Counted from the stretch's first letter, positions 30,313-41,610 are shown. The stretch: DNA of 64,000 nt from an uncultured bacterium (GCA_963700155.1 OY969472.1:381511-445510), one strand, 5' to 3'. The notes: generated from the letters alone by a model not told the origin. Program-made: numbers and translations.

Positions 30313-31770
30313 CTAATTTGACTGAAACAATATAACTTTGAAATCTTCATTCTTGTATATAATCGTATTTTTACTCAAATCTAAATTTGAGTAATCCCTT
30401 CCCAAAAGATAATAAATACCCTTAGTTAAAAATCGTTCACTTTTATCATATATTTTTTGATTTTCTTTACTTACGATATTTTTTAAGTAGTAACCAGTTG
30501 CAGAGGAAAGAGAAGATGAAATATAGACCTTTTGCCCAACATATAAATCTGTAATTTTATTAGCGACTTCTTTTGATATTGAATCAGATTTAAAAGAATA
30601 TGTATACTCTAGATTGAGTGATTTTGTAAAGTTCAATAGGTTTAGAACAAAATAAAATACAAAAAACACGTATACAAAATATTTAATATCTCGCCTATTT
30701 GCCATTCCTACTAACGAAATTAATATCCCTACAATTATGAAATTAAATAGTAATATAAGAAATAGTGCAGTTCTATCAATAAGATATCTATTACCTAGCA
30801 GATAAAATTGCAAAGTAGTACTTAAAGCACTAAATCCTAATAAAAATATACCAATATTTAAAATAAAGTTAGATTTTTTGAACAGAAAAAGAACAAAACC
30901 TATCAGAACTAGAACTAATATTAATACTAATAAAAAACCTACTATACTCTCATCCCAATTAGAATATAATGATGCTTTAATTACAGATTGAATAGAATCT
31001 GAAATAAAATTATTTGTTCCACCATAATACAATTGATCTTTTAATTTTAAGTAAATTGAAATTAATCCAAATAATCCCATTGATACAACAAAGTAAATTA
31101 AAGATAAAAAATTAAACTTAAACCAACTCTTTAATTTCACTTTTAGTGTTCCTTGGAGATTTATAAACGATTTTATAAACAAAGTTAAATATAAAGGTAA
31201 CACTAAATTCGCAAATACTAGATTTGATAAAATTGATAGCAATGAGAAGCATGCAAATAATGATATAAAACCTTTCTTATTTCCTGTTGAGTCCCATAAT
31301 TTAATAAAGAATAATAATGAAATAGAAAAAAAAGACAATGCTAGCCCATATCCTCTTGAAAGCGAAAAAAAATCTAAAATAAATGGATTTAATATGATCA
31401 AGAGCATTCCTAAAACTGAGATTACAAAGTTCGTATATTTTCTAAAAAAATAAAAGAGTGAGTAACCAAATGGTATAAATGAGAGTACATTAGGCAATCT
31501 TATGGATAATTCACTATTACCAAGTAAATCTATACTTATTTTAGATAAAATCGAATTTATTAAGTGATTATTTGTAGGGGATCCTGCATAATAAGTAAAA
31601 ATATTCAACCAGGACGTGTTAATGAAATTTTTGTATGTATATGCTTCATCATAGGTGATTGACATATTTTTTGCTCTTACAAAAATATATAAGAAGAAGA
31701 TACCTATTATTATTGTTATAAAGATTTTTTCAAATTTGAAATCTTTTAAACCGTTAATAAATCTTGTCAT
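30313..31770 (-). CDS. Multi-TM GT-C (ArnT/PMT-like) glycosyltransferase
   Basis: TYDEAYT, NNHLINS, RLPN, SRGYG; start uncertain. Confidence 0.75.
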   Translation of the reverse strand: MTRFINGLKDFKFEKIFITIIIGIFFLYIFVRAKNMSITYDEAYTYKNFINTSWLNIFTYYAGSPTNNHLINSILSKISIDLLGNSELSIRLPNVLSFIPFGYSLFYFFRKYTNFVISVLGMLLIILNPFILDFFSLSRGYGLALSFFSISLLFFIKLWDSTGNKKGFISLFACFSLLSILSNLVFANLVLPLYLTLFIKSFINLQGTLKVKLKSWFKFNFLSLIYFVVSMGLFGLISIYLKLKDQLYYGGTNNFISDSIQSVIKASLYSNWDESIVGFLLVLILVLVLIGFVLFLFKKSNFILNIGIFLLGFSALSTTLQFYLLGNRYLIDRTALFLILLFNFIIVGILISLVGMANRRDIKYFVYVFFVFYFVLNLLNFTKSLNLEYTYSFKSDSISKEVANKITDLYVGQKVYISSSLSSATGYYLKNIVSKENQKIYDKSERFLTKGIYYLLGRDYSNLDLSKNTIIYKNEDFKVILFQSN

Positions 31771-31867
31771 TTCTTTTATATCAAGAATAAATGTAGACAT
31801 TATACTTTCGAATTTCCCCTATAACAATGAAGATGCTATTATAAGAGTTAACTTAAGAATACTCAAA

Positions 31868-33877
31868 ATGGAAATTATCTTAAAAGTACTTTTATTGATA
31901 TTTACCTTTTATTTAGCGGGTCTATCTTCGATATTTCTGTTAAAAAAGTTATCAAAATTAAATATTATAAATTTAATAATATTTTCGATTTTCTTTTTTT
32001 TCACATATATAATTCTATTATCCTTTGGTTTGCTAATTACTGGATTATTCAATCTAAACAATTTAACTATCCTTATCGTCTTAATTTCTATATGTAGTAT
32101 ATTTGTCACTTATAAAGTCAGACCACAGTTAACTTTAAAAAATTTTGAAATTTCCAAGATTGATTTATTAGTATTAATTGGCATAACATTATTTTTAATA
32201 CCAACTGGGCTCAAGATGTCTGAGTGGGAAACTGCTGGTATGGATGCCGGGAATTATGTCTCAATATCTAACAATTTCATAAATAGTGAGAGTTTTCGTT
32301 CTCCAATGAACTATAGTACTAACGATTTTGAATGTTTAAAAGGATTCGAATGCTTAAGTGACGGTTATTATAATCCGCAGTATTTACCAGCATACCCCAT
32401 TTTATTAGCTGATGGATTGACAATTAGTAAATCATTTGGAGAATTGGCAATACAACTAGTTATTGCGTTCTCAACATTGTTAGCTTTTTATGCTTTATTA
32501 AAAAAAATATTTAAACAAAATATTGCCATTATTGCGCTATTGATATTTATGCTAATGCCCCTTCAAATCCTTTATTCTAAGGAGTTTATGTCAGAGAATC
32601 TTGGTCAGTTTTTTTTCTTTGTTTCAATGCTGTTTCTTTACATTGGTATTGAAAAAAAATCTAAGGTGGTTGTCTATTTAAGCTTTATTGCAACTTCGAT
32701 GATGCTATTAACTAAACTTGATTCAATATTAATTATTATTCCTTTAAGTTTAATAATAAGTTTCTATTATTTGAAAAATGTTAAAGATTCCCTTTTCCGA
32801 TTTACATCTATTCCTTTAATTGTAGTGGTTCTATTCTACAATTTTATATCTTTGAATTATTCATCCCATCCTATTACTAGGCATCCCATTATTTCACCAA
32901 CTGCATTAATAATATTAATTTTTGTATTATTTTGCTTTGTTATCTCATTTATTAACTTTAATTCTAAAGTACTTTTGAAAGCAGTAGATTTTCTGAAGAT
33001 AAATTTTAGAAAAATTTTTTTTCTATTATTACTAAGTATTGGAGTCATACTATTAATTAGACTAATATCAGCACTCCAAAATCCGGAAAATCTTGCAAAG
33101 ACTTATGATCAGGTAAATATTTTGAGACTAACGTATTTTACTTCGATACCATTTGCAGTTAGTGCTGTGATTGGAAGTATTTTATTAATATTTAAAGCCA
33201 AAACAAAACTATTGCTAGCAATATTTCCATTTATATTAGTAACTTGTTTTACTCTGTATTATTCTCAGCACTCTTCTCCACTATACTGGTGGGGAAGAAG
33301 GTATTTACTATTTGCAATCCCACTAATAGTAATTTTAACTTCATATCTAATTAGTGTATTAATTAAAAGTAAATTTAAAGTGTTTACTGTTTTAATTTTT
33401 TTATTAATGATTCTGTATCTATTTACTCAATTTAGTTTGCCAGCTTTTCGATATAAACAAAATGAAAGTGTCAATAGGCAAATGGAATTATATGCTTCAG
33501 AAATTAATCATCCATCAATTTTTTTACTAAGGGATAGGAATACCGCAAATATTAGAATAGCTTCTGTGGCTTGGATATATGGAGATGAGCTCAGATACTT
33601 TAGTGATAATAAACCACTTACTACTGAAAAAATAAAGGATATCGTTAATGCTAACCAAGATAAGACAATTTATGCGATAAATTTCAATGAACAAGATAAA
33701 AAATTGGTAAAAGAGTCTGAGTTTAACTTAAAAGATTGTTTCAATGAAACTATTTCTTATTCCTACTACTTTAGTGATAAAATTTTATGCGACAATGAAT
33801 ATCTTTGTTCTTGGAATAATGCACTAACTACACATCTAGCTAGATATCATCTTAATACTTGTAGCATAGGGTATTAA
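31868..33877 (+). CDS. Multi-TM GT-C-like glycosyltransferase
   Basis: GMDAGNY loop, PAYP, MSENL, RRYL; probable start MEIILK avoids overlap with the divergent gene. Confidence 0.7.
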   Translation: MEIILKVLLLIFTFYLAGLSSIFLLKKLSKLNIINLIIFSIFFFFTYIILLSFGLLITGLFNLNNLTILIVLISICSIFVTYKVRPQLTLKNFEISKIDLLVLIGITLFLIPTGLKMSEWETAGMDAGNYVSISNNFINSESFRSPMNYSTNDFECLKGFECLSDGYYNPQYLPAYPILLADGLTISKSFGELAIQLVIAFSTLLAFYALLKKIFKQNIAIIALLIFMLMPLQILYSKEFMSENLGQFFFFVSMLFLYIGIEKKSKVVVYLSFIATSMMLLTKLDSILIIIPLSLIISFYYLKNVKDSLFRFTSIPLIVVVLFYNFISLNYSSHPITRHPIISPTALIILIFVLFCFVISFINFNSKVLLKAVDFLKINFRKIFFLLLLSIGVILLIRLISALQNPENLAKTYDQVNILRLTYFTSIPFAVSAVIGSILLIFKAKTKLLLAIFPFILVTCFTLYYSQHSSPLYWWGRRYLLFAIPLIVILTSYLISVLIKSKFKVFTVLIFLLMILYLFTQFSLPAFRYKQNESVNRQMELYASEINHPSIFLLRDRNTANIRIASVAWIYGDELRYFSDNKPLTTEKIKDIVNANQDKTIYAINFNEQDKKLVKESEFNLKDCFNETISYSYYFSDKILCDNEYLCSWNNALTTHLARYHLNTCSIGY

Positions 33878-33902
33878 TTATTTTATATTTCATTCTTTAA
33901 TT

Positions 33903-35183
33903 ATGAAAGTTTCTATTATTGGTTTGGGTTATGTAGGCTTTCCGCTTTTACTTGCTATGGCGAATAGAACTAAACATGATGTAATCGGCTTTGATATTTC
34001 AAAAGGCAGAATAGATAAAATAAATAAAGGCATCTGTCCTATTATTGACGAGCAAGCAGAAAATGAATTTAAAAACAGCAAAGCAAAGTTAAATGTAACA
34101 ACAGACTCCGATCAGATGAAAGATTCTGATGTTTTCATAATATGCGTTCCTACTCCAGTAAATAGCGACTTTGACCCAGACTATGAACCAGTAATAAATT
34201 CATCAAAAACAGCAGCAAAATATTTAAAGAAAGGAAGTATATTAGTTCTTGAATCTACAGTTAATCCCGGTACTTGTGAGGAAATTGTAGCTCCTTCGAT
34301 TGCAGAAGTAACAAATCTTAAATTTGGAGAAGAATACGATATTGTTCATGTTCCAGAAAGAATAAATCCAGGAGATAAAAAATGGAATGTTACTAATCTT
34401 CCAAGAAATATTGGAGGTTCAAGAGTAGAAGCTAGTCAAAGAATTTATGATTTATATAAAGAATTTATTGAAGCAGAGTTAAAAGTTGTTTCAAACCTTA
34501 AGGTTGCAGAAGCATCAAAAATTGTAGAAAACTCATTTAGAGACATAAATATTGCATTTGTTAATGAACTTGCAAAATCCTTCGATGCTATGGGGGTGGA
34601 TTTAATTGAGACTATTCAAGCAGCGTCATCCAAATTCAGCTTTATGCCTCACTGGCCAGGACCAGGAGTTGGAGGACACTGTATTGCCGTAGATCCTTAC
34701 TATTTGATTAAGCGTGCAGCAAAGTCAGGTTTTAATCACAGACTTTTAAAAGAAGCTAGAAATATTAATAACAGCATGCCGGATTATACAATCTCAAAAC
34801 TGACTTTGCTGCTTAATGAACTTGAACTCCCTATAAAAGGAACAAAAATTGCATTATTAGGTTTAAGTTATAAACCTGAAGTTGGTGATTTGAGGGAAAG
34901 CCCTTCTCTAGTTTTAGAGAGAAAACTTACAAAACTAGGAGCAGATTTAAATGTTTATGAGCCATTTGTACTTGATAGGTCAAATGTTAAGACATTAGAT
35001 GAAGCAATAAAAAATTGCTCAGCAATTATTATTGCAACCGCTCATAAAGAGTTTATTAACAAATTAACTCCGAAATATCTAAAAAAAATGAAGGTTAAAT
35101 CTGTTTTAGATACAAGAAGTTGCCTTGATTTTGATGCAATTAAGAAAGAAGGAATATTGTATACTGCAATAGGAAGACAATAA
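33903..35183 (+). CDS. UDP-N-acetylhexosamine dehydrogenase (WecC/WbpA-like)
   Basis: GLGYVG, ICVPTP, ESTVNPG, PERINPG, GVGGHCI, DLRESP. Confidence 0.93.
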   Translation: MKVSIIGLGYVGFPLLLAMANRTKHDVIGFDISKGRIDKINKGICPIIDEQAENEFKNSKAKLNVTTDSDQMKDSDVFIICVPTPVNSDFDPDYEPVINSSKTAAKYLKKGSILVLESTVNPGTCEEIVAPSIAEVTNLKFGEEYDIVHVPERINPGDKKWNVTNLPRNIGGSRVEASQRIYDLYKEFIEAELKVVSNLKVAEASKIVENSFRDINIAFVNELAKSFDAMGVDLIETIQAASSKFSFMPHWPGPGVGGHCIAVDPYYLIKRAAKSGFNHRLLKEARNINNSMPDYTISKLTLLLNELELPIKGTKIALLGLSYKPEVGDLRESPSLVLERKLTKLGADLNVYEPFVLDRSNVKTLDEAIKNCSAIIIATAHKEFINKLTPKYLKKMKVKSVLDTRSCLDFDAIKKEGILYTAIGRQ

Positions 35184-35208
35184 ACATTTACTTTGCTAAA
35201 ATTATCAA

Positions 35209-36669
35209 ATGAAAAATAGACTCGCTATCTATACTGCAATTTATGGAAACACAGATAACTTAATAGAACCTCCTATTGTTCCTGATAATTGTGATTTTTT
35301 CTGTTTTACAGATAGGAAGGACATCTCATCAAAGGTCTTCAAAGTAATTTATAGGAAAGCTATATTTCCCAACGATAGTAATAGATCTGCAAAATATTTT
35401 AAAGTCTTCCCAAATGAGCTTTTTCCGGATTATGAATACTCTTTTTGGATTGATGCTAGGACTTACGTATTAGCACCTAATATATTTGATATTGCCCTCG
35501 AATTATTAAAGGATAAAAACCTGGCAGTCTTTAAACATCCTGAAAGAAATTCAATTTATGATGAAGCAAATATATGTATAGAATGGAAGAAGGATGCACC
35601 AGAAATAATAAATAAACAGATGGATCGATACAAACAAGAAGGATATAAAGATCAAATAGTTTTAGTAAATGGCGGTTTTATTTTCAGAAGACATCATGAA
35701 CAAGATATTATCTTATTTGAAAAAAAATGGTGGGAAGAAATCATAAAATATAGTAAGCGTGATCAGTTAAGTTTCCCCTATGCCGCTTGGAAAACAAATC
35801 TAAAATTTGAAATAATATATAAAAATATTTATGATAATGATCTTGTTAAAGTACTAAATTATAAGGAGCGAAACTTTCAGAAAGAAATTAAAGGTTCTAT
35901 AGGAAATAACAAGATAGTTGTATATTCTGCACTGTTTGGGGATATAGATATGTATAAAGAAGTCGAATTTGATATTCCTGGATGCGATTTTGTCTTATTT
36001 ACAGATAATAAGAAATTAAAGTTAAAAAGAACTCAAGTAAGACATTTTAAAGTAAATTCTCAAGATAATCGTAAAGCTGCTAGAATGTTTAAACTCCTCC
36101 CTCATAGATTTTTTCCCGAATACGAATATTCTATTTGGATTGATGCAAGCATAATAATTAAAAGTGATAAGTTAAATAGGTTAGTAATCGAAGTACTAAA
36201 AGATTTTAACTTTGCAGCTTTCGAACATAGGGACAGAAAAACTTTACTTGAAGAATTAAATTCATGTCTTGAAAGGAAAAAGGATAACCCCTATATGTTA
36301 ATAAAACAATATGAAGATTATATAAAAGAAGGATTCCAAGATGTTGGACTTATTGAAACAGGTACACTTATTCGAAGACATATGTCTAAGGAAATAATTG
36401 AATTTAATGAATTATGGTGGGAACAAATTAAAAAATATACAATAAGAGATCAGATTAGTTTCGCGTATGTTTTGTGGAAGAAGAATTTACAATTTTATAA
36501 AATGAGTGGTAGTGTTTGGAAAAATAAATATTTTGAGGTACAACAACATAATATTAAAAGTGATTCATTTAGAGCAAAAGAGGTAAGAGTTAGATTTACT
36601 AGCGAAATTTTAAATTATTTAAGTTGGTTTAAAAACTATGTCAATTCTAAATTCAAAAAAGATGTATGA
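35209..36669 (+). CDS. Tandem DUF616-like glycosyltransferase
   Basis: Two internal repeats, each with YxAxxG, FTD, YEYSxWID, HxxR, RDQxSF. Confidence 0.8.
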   Translation: MKNRLAIYTAIYGNTDNLIEPPIVPDNCDFFCFTDRKDISSKVFKVIYRKAIFPNDSNRSAKYFKVFPNELFPDYEYSFWIDARTYVLAPNIFDIALELLKDKNLAVFKHPERNSIYDEANICIEWKKDAPEIINKQMDRYKQEGYKDQIVLVNGGFIFRRHHEQDIILFEKKWWEEIIKYSKRDQLSFPYAAWKTNLKFEIIYKNIYDNDLVKVLNYKERNFQKEIKGSIGNNKIVVYSALFGDIDMYKEVEFDIPGCDFVLFTDNKKLKLKRTQVRHFKVNSQDNRKAARMFKLLPHRFFPEYEYSIWIDASIIIKSDKLNRLVIEVLKDFNFAAFEHRDRKTLLEELNSCLERKKDNPYMLIKQYEDYIKEGFQDVGLIETGTLIRRHMSKEIIEFNELWWEQIKKYTIRDQISFAYVLWKKNLQFYKMSGSVWKNKYFEVQQHNIKSDSFRAKEVRVRFTSEILNYLSWFKNYVNSKFKKDV

Positions 36670-37330
36670 AGGTTATGATTTAAAGAAATATGATTTCCTA
36701 GACTTAGGATGTGGTGATGGTGGCTCAATTGAATATTGTAAAAAACACTTCAATGTTAAAGATGGAATTGGAATTGATATAAGAGAACATAGAGTCAAAA
36801 AGGCAAAAGATTTAGGATACTCAGCAATTTATGGAGACATATTTGATATTAATGTGGATTATAAATTTAAGTTTGTAAGTTTTATGGATGTTTTAGAACA
36901 TTTAGGAGGAATAGACTTCTCGATGAAAATGATTAAAAAAGCTTCTACACTGGCAAGCGATTTTATCTTTATAAGACATCCTTCTTTTGAAGATATTGAT
37001 TATTTAGAGAATCTAGGTTTAAAAATAACATGGTATGATTGGACTGACCATACTTCATTAATAAAGTTAACCGATTACTGTCAAACTTTTGATAGATTGG
37101 GACTTAAACAATATTGTTTCAATTTTAGAAAACCAATCACATCAAGCGAAGATAAATATGTGATCCCATATGATTCACCTATTGATACACTTGAGTATAA
37201 TTCAGAAACTCTTCCTAAGAAGAAAAAAATAGAGTTTGGACATACAATATATGGCCAAATAGATATTTTTGTAGCACTTAAACCTATTCCCTTTCCTAGA
37301 TGGAATTGGATAACTCGAGAAGGAAGGTGA
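36662..37330 (+). CDS. Class I SAM methyltransferase
   Basis: LDLGCGDG, DVLEH; start near the previous stop is uncertain. Confidence 0.82.
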   Translation: MYEGYDLKKYDFLDLGCGDGGSIEYCKKHFNVKDGIGIDIREHRVKKAKDLGYSAIYGDIFDINVDYKFKFVSFMDVLEHLGGIDFSMKMIKKASTLASDFIFIRHPSFEDIDYLENLGLKITWYDWTDHTSLIKLTDYCQTFDRLGLKQYCFNFRKPITSSEDKYVIPYDSPIDTLEYNSETLPKKKKIEFGHTIYGQIDIFVALKPIPFPRWNWITREGR

Positions 37331-37332
37331 TG

Positions 37333-39507
37333 TTAATTTTGCTTACCTAATACCCTACGTATTCTAGTACCTATTGCAGCTTTTTCTCTTAATCTCTTGT
37401 AAAATCTATACATAGCTGAATTTTTTATTCTCCCTTTAATTTTCTTTTCCATATATCTTAAAATACTTCTATCAAAAGCATTTGTATAAAGCCATGGTGA
37501 GAAGAAAGATGAAAAACCAGCATTTTGATTTATTTGCTCGCGTAAACCATCGATTATTCTAAATATTTTACCTTCATAGTTGCTGTTACTTTGTAAATTA
37601 AAAGCTCTAATATAAGCAGCTTCAACAATCTTATTTCTTGTTTTTGGTTGTATTGCTTTTTTATATCCCTGATAAAGCTGATCAATATTTTCAGCTTCAT
37701 AAATAAATGCTGTTGTGTCCAAGACAAACTCGGCTAAACCCCCTACTCTAGTACTAATTAAAGGTGTTTTTAACAACATGACTTCTAAAGCAGATCTTCC
37801 AAACCCCTCACTTCTAGAAGCATTAATTACACACTGGGCTGATCGTAATATCTCCCAGGGCATATTTATAAATCCTATAAAATGAACGAATCTTTCTAAT
37901 TTGGCATTTTTAATATATTCTTGAAGCGATTTAAAGTAAGGAGATTCATCATAAGGGCCAACAATTATCAAATGCTGAGATCCGCCTTCTTTATGTAGTT
38001 GATCTAGAAGCTTAATTCCATCTAATTGACCTTTATTCTCCTCTACTGATCCAATCATCACGACTTTTTCAGCATCAACAACTTCAGGGTGATTTTTAAA
38101 ATATTTAACAATATTTTTAATATCAGCTAATTGATTTCTTTTATGAAATTCTTCTTCTAATTTATGAATATTCGGATATCTTTCTAAAATTATTTTAGAT
38201 TTTTCTTTAATAATTTCCTTTTTAGTTTTACCTGCTCGTTCCTCATTCCCAAAAGAACGCCCTTCCCAATGATGAATATATGTATTAGTTGAAACAATAT
38301 TTTTCATTCCATTATTCAAAGCTCTCATTGAAAAATCAACTTCTTCTCCGTAACCTTTCCCAAAAGATTCTTCATCAAAATATCCAACTTTTTCAATAGT
38401 TGATCGTTTTATATACATGCAAAATCCATGAGATGCATGAGTCTGAATATATTTGTAAGGACTAAATTCTTCGACAATTTTATTCATTAATTCGGGATCA
38501 TTATCATATTCCTTATTAAATTGATCAGGAATGCTGTAATAACTTGCTGCATTTGATAATGCAGTAGATGTGGCGAACTCTTCACTTTGGTAAATATTTG
38601 TCTTTATTTTTTCTAGCCAGTTTTGAGTAACTATTGTATCCGAATTGAGTAAAACAACATCATTATTGTTCAACTTCATTCCTCGATTACACGTGTAAAC
38701 AAAACCTTTATTCTCATCATTTTGAAGATATTCAAAAAGTGAAGAGTTCGCCTTTACAAACTCCTTTACCTTCTCAGCTAATTCAAGATCAGGTCCTCTA
38801 TCATCAATTACATAAACCTTATTTAAACTTTCAGACTTATGTTTCTTTACGCTATCTAAGCATTGTAAAATACTTTCATCTTTATAAAATGGAATTATTA
38901 CATCTGTTTTTATACCTTTATCTACCGGTTTCAAATCTTGAACATCAACTTCAACCCTATTGTAAATTACACTTGAATTTGGATTTTTATAATTTTGTGT
39001 ATATTGGTCCTTTAAATATTTAGATATATAAATAACAGCATTACTACTAGAATTGATATATGCAGATAGTGATTCAAACAGTATTGGGATTTTGTATGAT
39101 GGATGATCTTTTATTGACTCTCTAATATGCCAAATATGTGGAATATTAAGAACTGTAGCAGCCAAAGCTCCAATATTGGTAACTGAAGTATTTGTATACA
39201 CCAGATCTACCTTCCATTCTCTTAGTTGGTTAGCAACTTCAATGGATTGTTCGAATATTCTTTTAAACTTATCTTTATCGTATGTTTGCCATGGCAAGTC
39301 AATCCAAAGTTCAGCAGGTATATATTCAAACTCTACTTCAAGTTTTTTGAGTTCATCAAGAAGAGTCCCATTTTCTTCAAACATAATCAATTTTATGTCA
39401 ATATCTTTTTTCTTTAGAAATTTGATTATTGTTATTAACGACTCCTCAGCTCCTCCATTCTTTTTAGCTCGAGGTGTTATAAAACAAACTGTAAACTTTT
39501 TATCCAT
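37333..39507 (-). CDS. GT4 glycosyltransferase with an inserted GT2 domain
   Basis: GGAEES/WHIRE (GT4 N-half), IIPFY/LLNSDT/GYGEEVD (GT2), NKGQ/SEGFGRSALE (GT4 C-half). Confidence 0.85.
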   Translation of the reverse strand: MDKKFTVCFITPRAKKNGGAEESLITIIKFLKKKDIDIKLIMFEENGTLLDELKKLEVEFEYIPAELWIDLPWQTYDKDKFKRIFEQSIEVANQLREWKVDLVYTNTSVTNIGALAATVLNIPHIWHIRESIKDHPSYKIPILFESLSAYINSSSNAVIYISKYLKDQYTQNYKNPNSSVIYNRVEVDVQDLKPVDKGIKTDVIIPFYKDESILQCLDSVKKHKSESLNKVYVIDDRGPDLELAEKVKEFVKANSSLFEYLQNDENKGFVYTCNRGMKLNNNDVVLLNSDTIVTQNWLEKIKTNIYQSEEFATSTALSNAASYYSIPDQFNKEYDNDPELMNKIVEEFSPYKYIQTHASHGFCMYIKRSTIEKVGYFDEESFGKGYGEEVDFSMRALNNGMKNIVSTNTYIHHWEGRSFGNEERAGKTKKEIIKEKSKIILERYPNIHKLEEEFHKRNQLADIKNIVKYFKNHPEVVDAEKVVMIGSVEENKGQLDGIKLLDQLHKEGGSQHLIIVGPYDESPYFKSLQEYIKNAKLERFVHFIGFINMPWEILRSAQCVINASRSEGFGRSALEVMLLKTPLISTRVGGLAEFVLDTTAFIYEAENIDQLYQGYKKAIQPKTRNKIVEAAYIRAFNLQSNSNYEGKIFRIIDGLREQINQNAGFSSFFSPWLYTNAFDRSILRYMEKKIKGRIKNSAMYRFYKRLREKAAIGTRIRRVLGKQN

Positions 39508-39518
39508 AATTTTCTAAC

Positions 39519-40739
39519 TTAAAAAGACCATTCTGTATTCATTTTTATCTTACCTTCAAGATTAACAAGCTCATTTGTTGGCTTTATAATAAATTCTTTT
39601 CCACCTGCATCAATCAAAAGAGTATTGATATCAGTCATCCACCTAAAAGCAATTTTATAACGTCCAGGTAGCAAGGGGTTACTTTTAACTTTAACAGTAA
39701 ACTCATTTTCTCCTTTTTTTATGTTATAAGTATTACTTGCGAGTTCCTTGACTGATTTAATTGAGCTAATTGTTCCATTGTCTCCATCTAAAATGATGAA
39801 TCCTACTACTGGATTTTTAAAGTCCTCTTTTGAGTTAAAACGGAAATGAAAGGTAATATCTTCTCCATTAACAAACTCATTAGTTATTTTTTTATCATTA
39901 TTTTTGAAGTCAACTTTAACATTATTAATATCTCCGGTTGAACCATAGATAGTTAGATGATTCCTGTCATTTACTTTTCTTAATAAAACCATCTCATTAT
40001 ATTTTCTTATACATTCAACAGTATTCCCATAATAAACAACCTTACCTTTATCCATGAACATACATTTATCGCAAATTCGCTCTATTTGTCCCATATTATG
40101 AGAAATAAAGATTATCGAACTTTGATTTTTTATTTCATTCATCCTATCCATACATTTTTTTCGGAAATCAATATCTCCAACTGAAAGAACTTCATCTACA
40201 AGTAAAATTTCTGGTACTCTATGCACTGCAATTGCAAATCCTAATCTTACTTTCATTCCAGAAGAATAAGTAGCAACAGGAGCATCTAGGAACTCACCTA
40301 TCTCAGCAAATTTTACAATATCATCAAATTTATCATCTAACTCTTTTTTAGTCATCCCCAAAATAGTTCCATTTAAATATATATTTTCCCTACCTGTCAT
40401 ATATGGATGGAAACCAGCCCCAACTGCAATTAATGGACCAACATCACCTTTAAGAGTAATTTTACCGTTATCTGGTGGGAAGATTCCCGAAAGGATTCTC
40501 AATAATGTAGATTTACCCGACCCGTTTAGCCCTATTACCCCTAAAATCTCTTTCCTTTTTAACTCAAAACTTATATTTTCAAGTGCCCAAAATTCACCTT
40601 TCCTTAAAATTGTTTGATCTGCAGGTAAACCAACAAAGTTTTTTAGCATGTCCATTGTCCCATATGCTAAACTTCTCTTTAAACTTCTACAAAAATTTTT
40701 ATATACCCCTTCTACTTTTATTACTGTATCTTCATCCAT
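39519..40739 (-). CDS. wzt: Polysaccharide ABC transporter ATPase with Wzt-C domain
   Basis: GLNGSGKST, YSSGMKVRL, VDEVLSVGD, C-terminal extension. Confidence 0.92.
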   Translation of the reverse strand: MDEDTVIKVEGVYKNFCRSLKRSLAYGTMDMLKNFVGLPADQTILRKGEFWALENISFELKRKEILGVIGLNGSGKSTLLRILSGIFPPDNGKITLKGDVGPLIAVGAGFHPYMTGRENIYLNGTILGMTKKELDDKFDDIVKFAEIGEFLDAPVATYSSGMKVRLGFAIAVHRVPEILLVDEVLSVGDIDFRKKCMDRMNEIKNQSSIIFISHNMGQIERICDKCMFMDKGKVVYYGNTVECIRKYNEMVLLRKVNDRNHLTIYGSTGDINNVKVDFKNNDKKITNEFVNGEDITFHFRFNSKEDFKNPVVGFIILDGDNGTISSIKSVKELASNTYNIKKGENEFTVKVKSNPLLPGRYKIAFRWMTDINTLLIDAGGKEFIIKPTNELVNLEGKIKMNTEWSF

Positions 40740-40755
40740 AAAATTGAATTTAAAA

Positions 40756-41610
40756 CTAAATCATCCTTTCAATAACTTCATCTTCGGAGACATAAAATAA
40801 TCGCCAGGCAAATAGGAAAAAAATAAATGATATTACAGCAAAGAAAATATACCTATCAAAATAATCAATTCTTCCATAAATAATCAAATCTCTTGCTCCA
40901 CCTACAAGATAAGTTAATGGATTAATCTGTATAAGAGCTTGAAGTAAATTGCTTTGGACATTCGGCGAATATATAACTGGTGTTATATAAATTACCAAAC
41001 CTAATAGAACGCTAAATGTTTTATTTACATCTGATGCAACTACATTCACTACACTCATTATTAACCCTAGCCCTGAACCAATAAAAAATAATGGTAAAGA
41101 TGCTAGAGGAAATAAAATTATCTTCCAATCAGGGAAAATTCCATATATAAGTAATACTATAATATTAAGGGCAAAATTAATTAAGAATCCGGCTATTTGT
41201 TGTGCTGTCTGTTTTGCCAACAACGCCTCATGTGGGTATTTAACTTGGGATATAAAACCTGCTCCGGCATCTAAGGTCCCTTGAGCAGATGCGTAAAATC
41301 CCATAAAAAGCCCCCAAATTGATGAACTTAAAAGAACATATGCTGGATATGGTATACCTGTATCTCCTGGATTTAGAATACCTGTAGAATTCAGAACAAC
41401 CCAAGATGCAATGCCGACTATTGGAGAAATAAGAATCCATCCCATTCCTATAAATGATTTTTTATATTGCATTAAAAAATCTCTACGGAATAATTGATAA
41501 ATTAATTCTCGAGATCTAAATATGTTTTTAATCATTACGCCCCATGTTTTAAATAAACCTGTCTTTAATCTTTGGTTAGGTTCATAAACAGTTATTTCTT
41601 CATTGTTCAT
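40756..41610 (-). CDS. wzm: Polysaccharide ABC transporter permease
   Basis: RRDFLMQYKKSFIGMGW, YITPVIY, NPLTY. Confidence 0.92.
   Translation of the reverse strand: MNNEEITVYEPNQRLKTGLFKTWGVMIKNIFRSRELIYQLFRRDFLMQYKKSFIGMGWILISPIVGIASWVVLNSTGILNPGDTGIPYPAYVLLSSSIWGLFMGFYASAQGTLDAGAGFISQVKYPHEALLAKQTAQQIAGFLINFALNIIVLLIYGIFPDWKIILFPLASLPLFFIGSGLGLIMSVVNVVASDVNKTFSVLLGLVIYITPVIYSPNVQSNLLQALIQINPLTYLVGGARDLIIYGRIDYFDRYIFFAVISFIFFLFAWRLFYVSEDEVIERMI

Noticed and set aside
31655-31867. Apparent long overlap between the two divergent GT-C genes
   Set aside because: It disappears when the downstream ATGs (31770 and 31868) are used.
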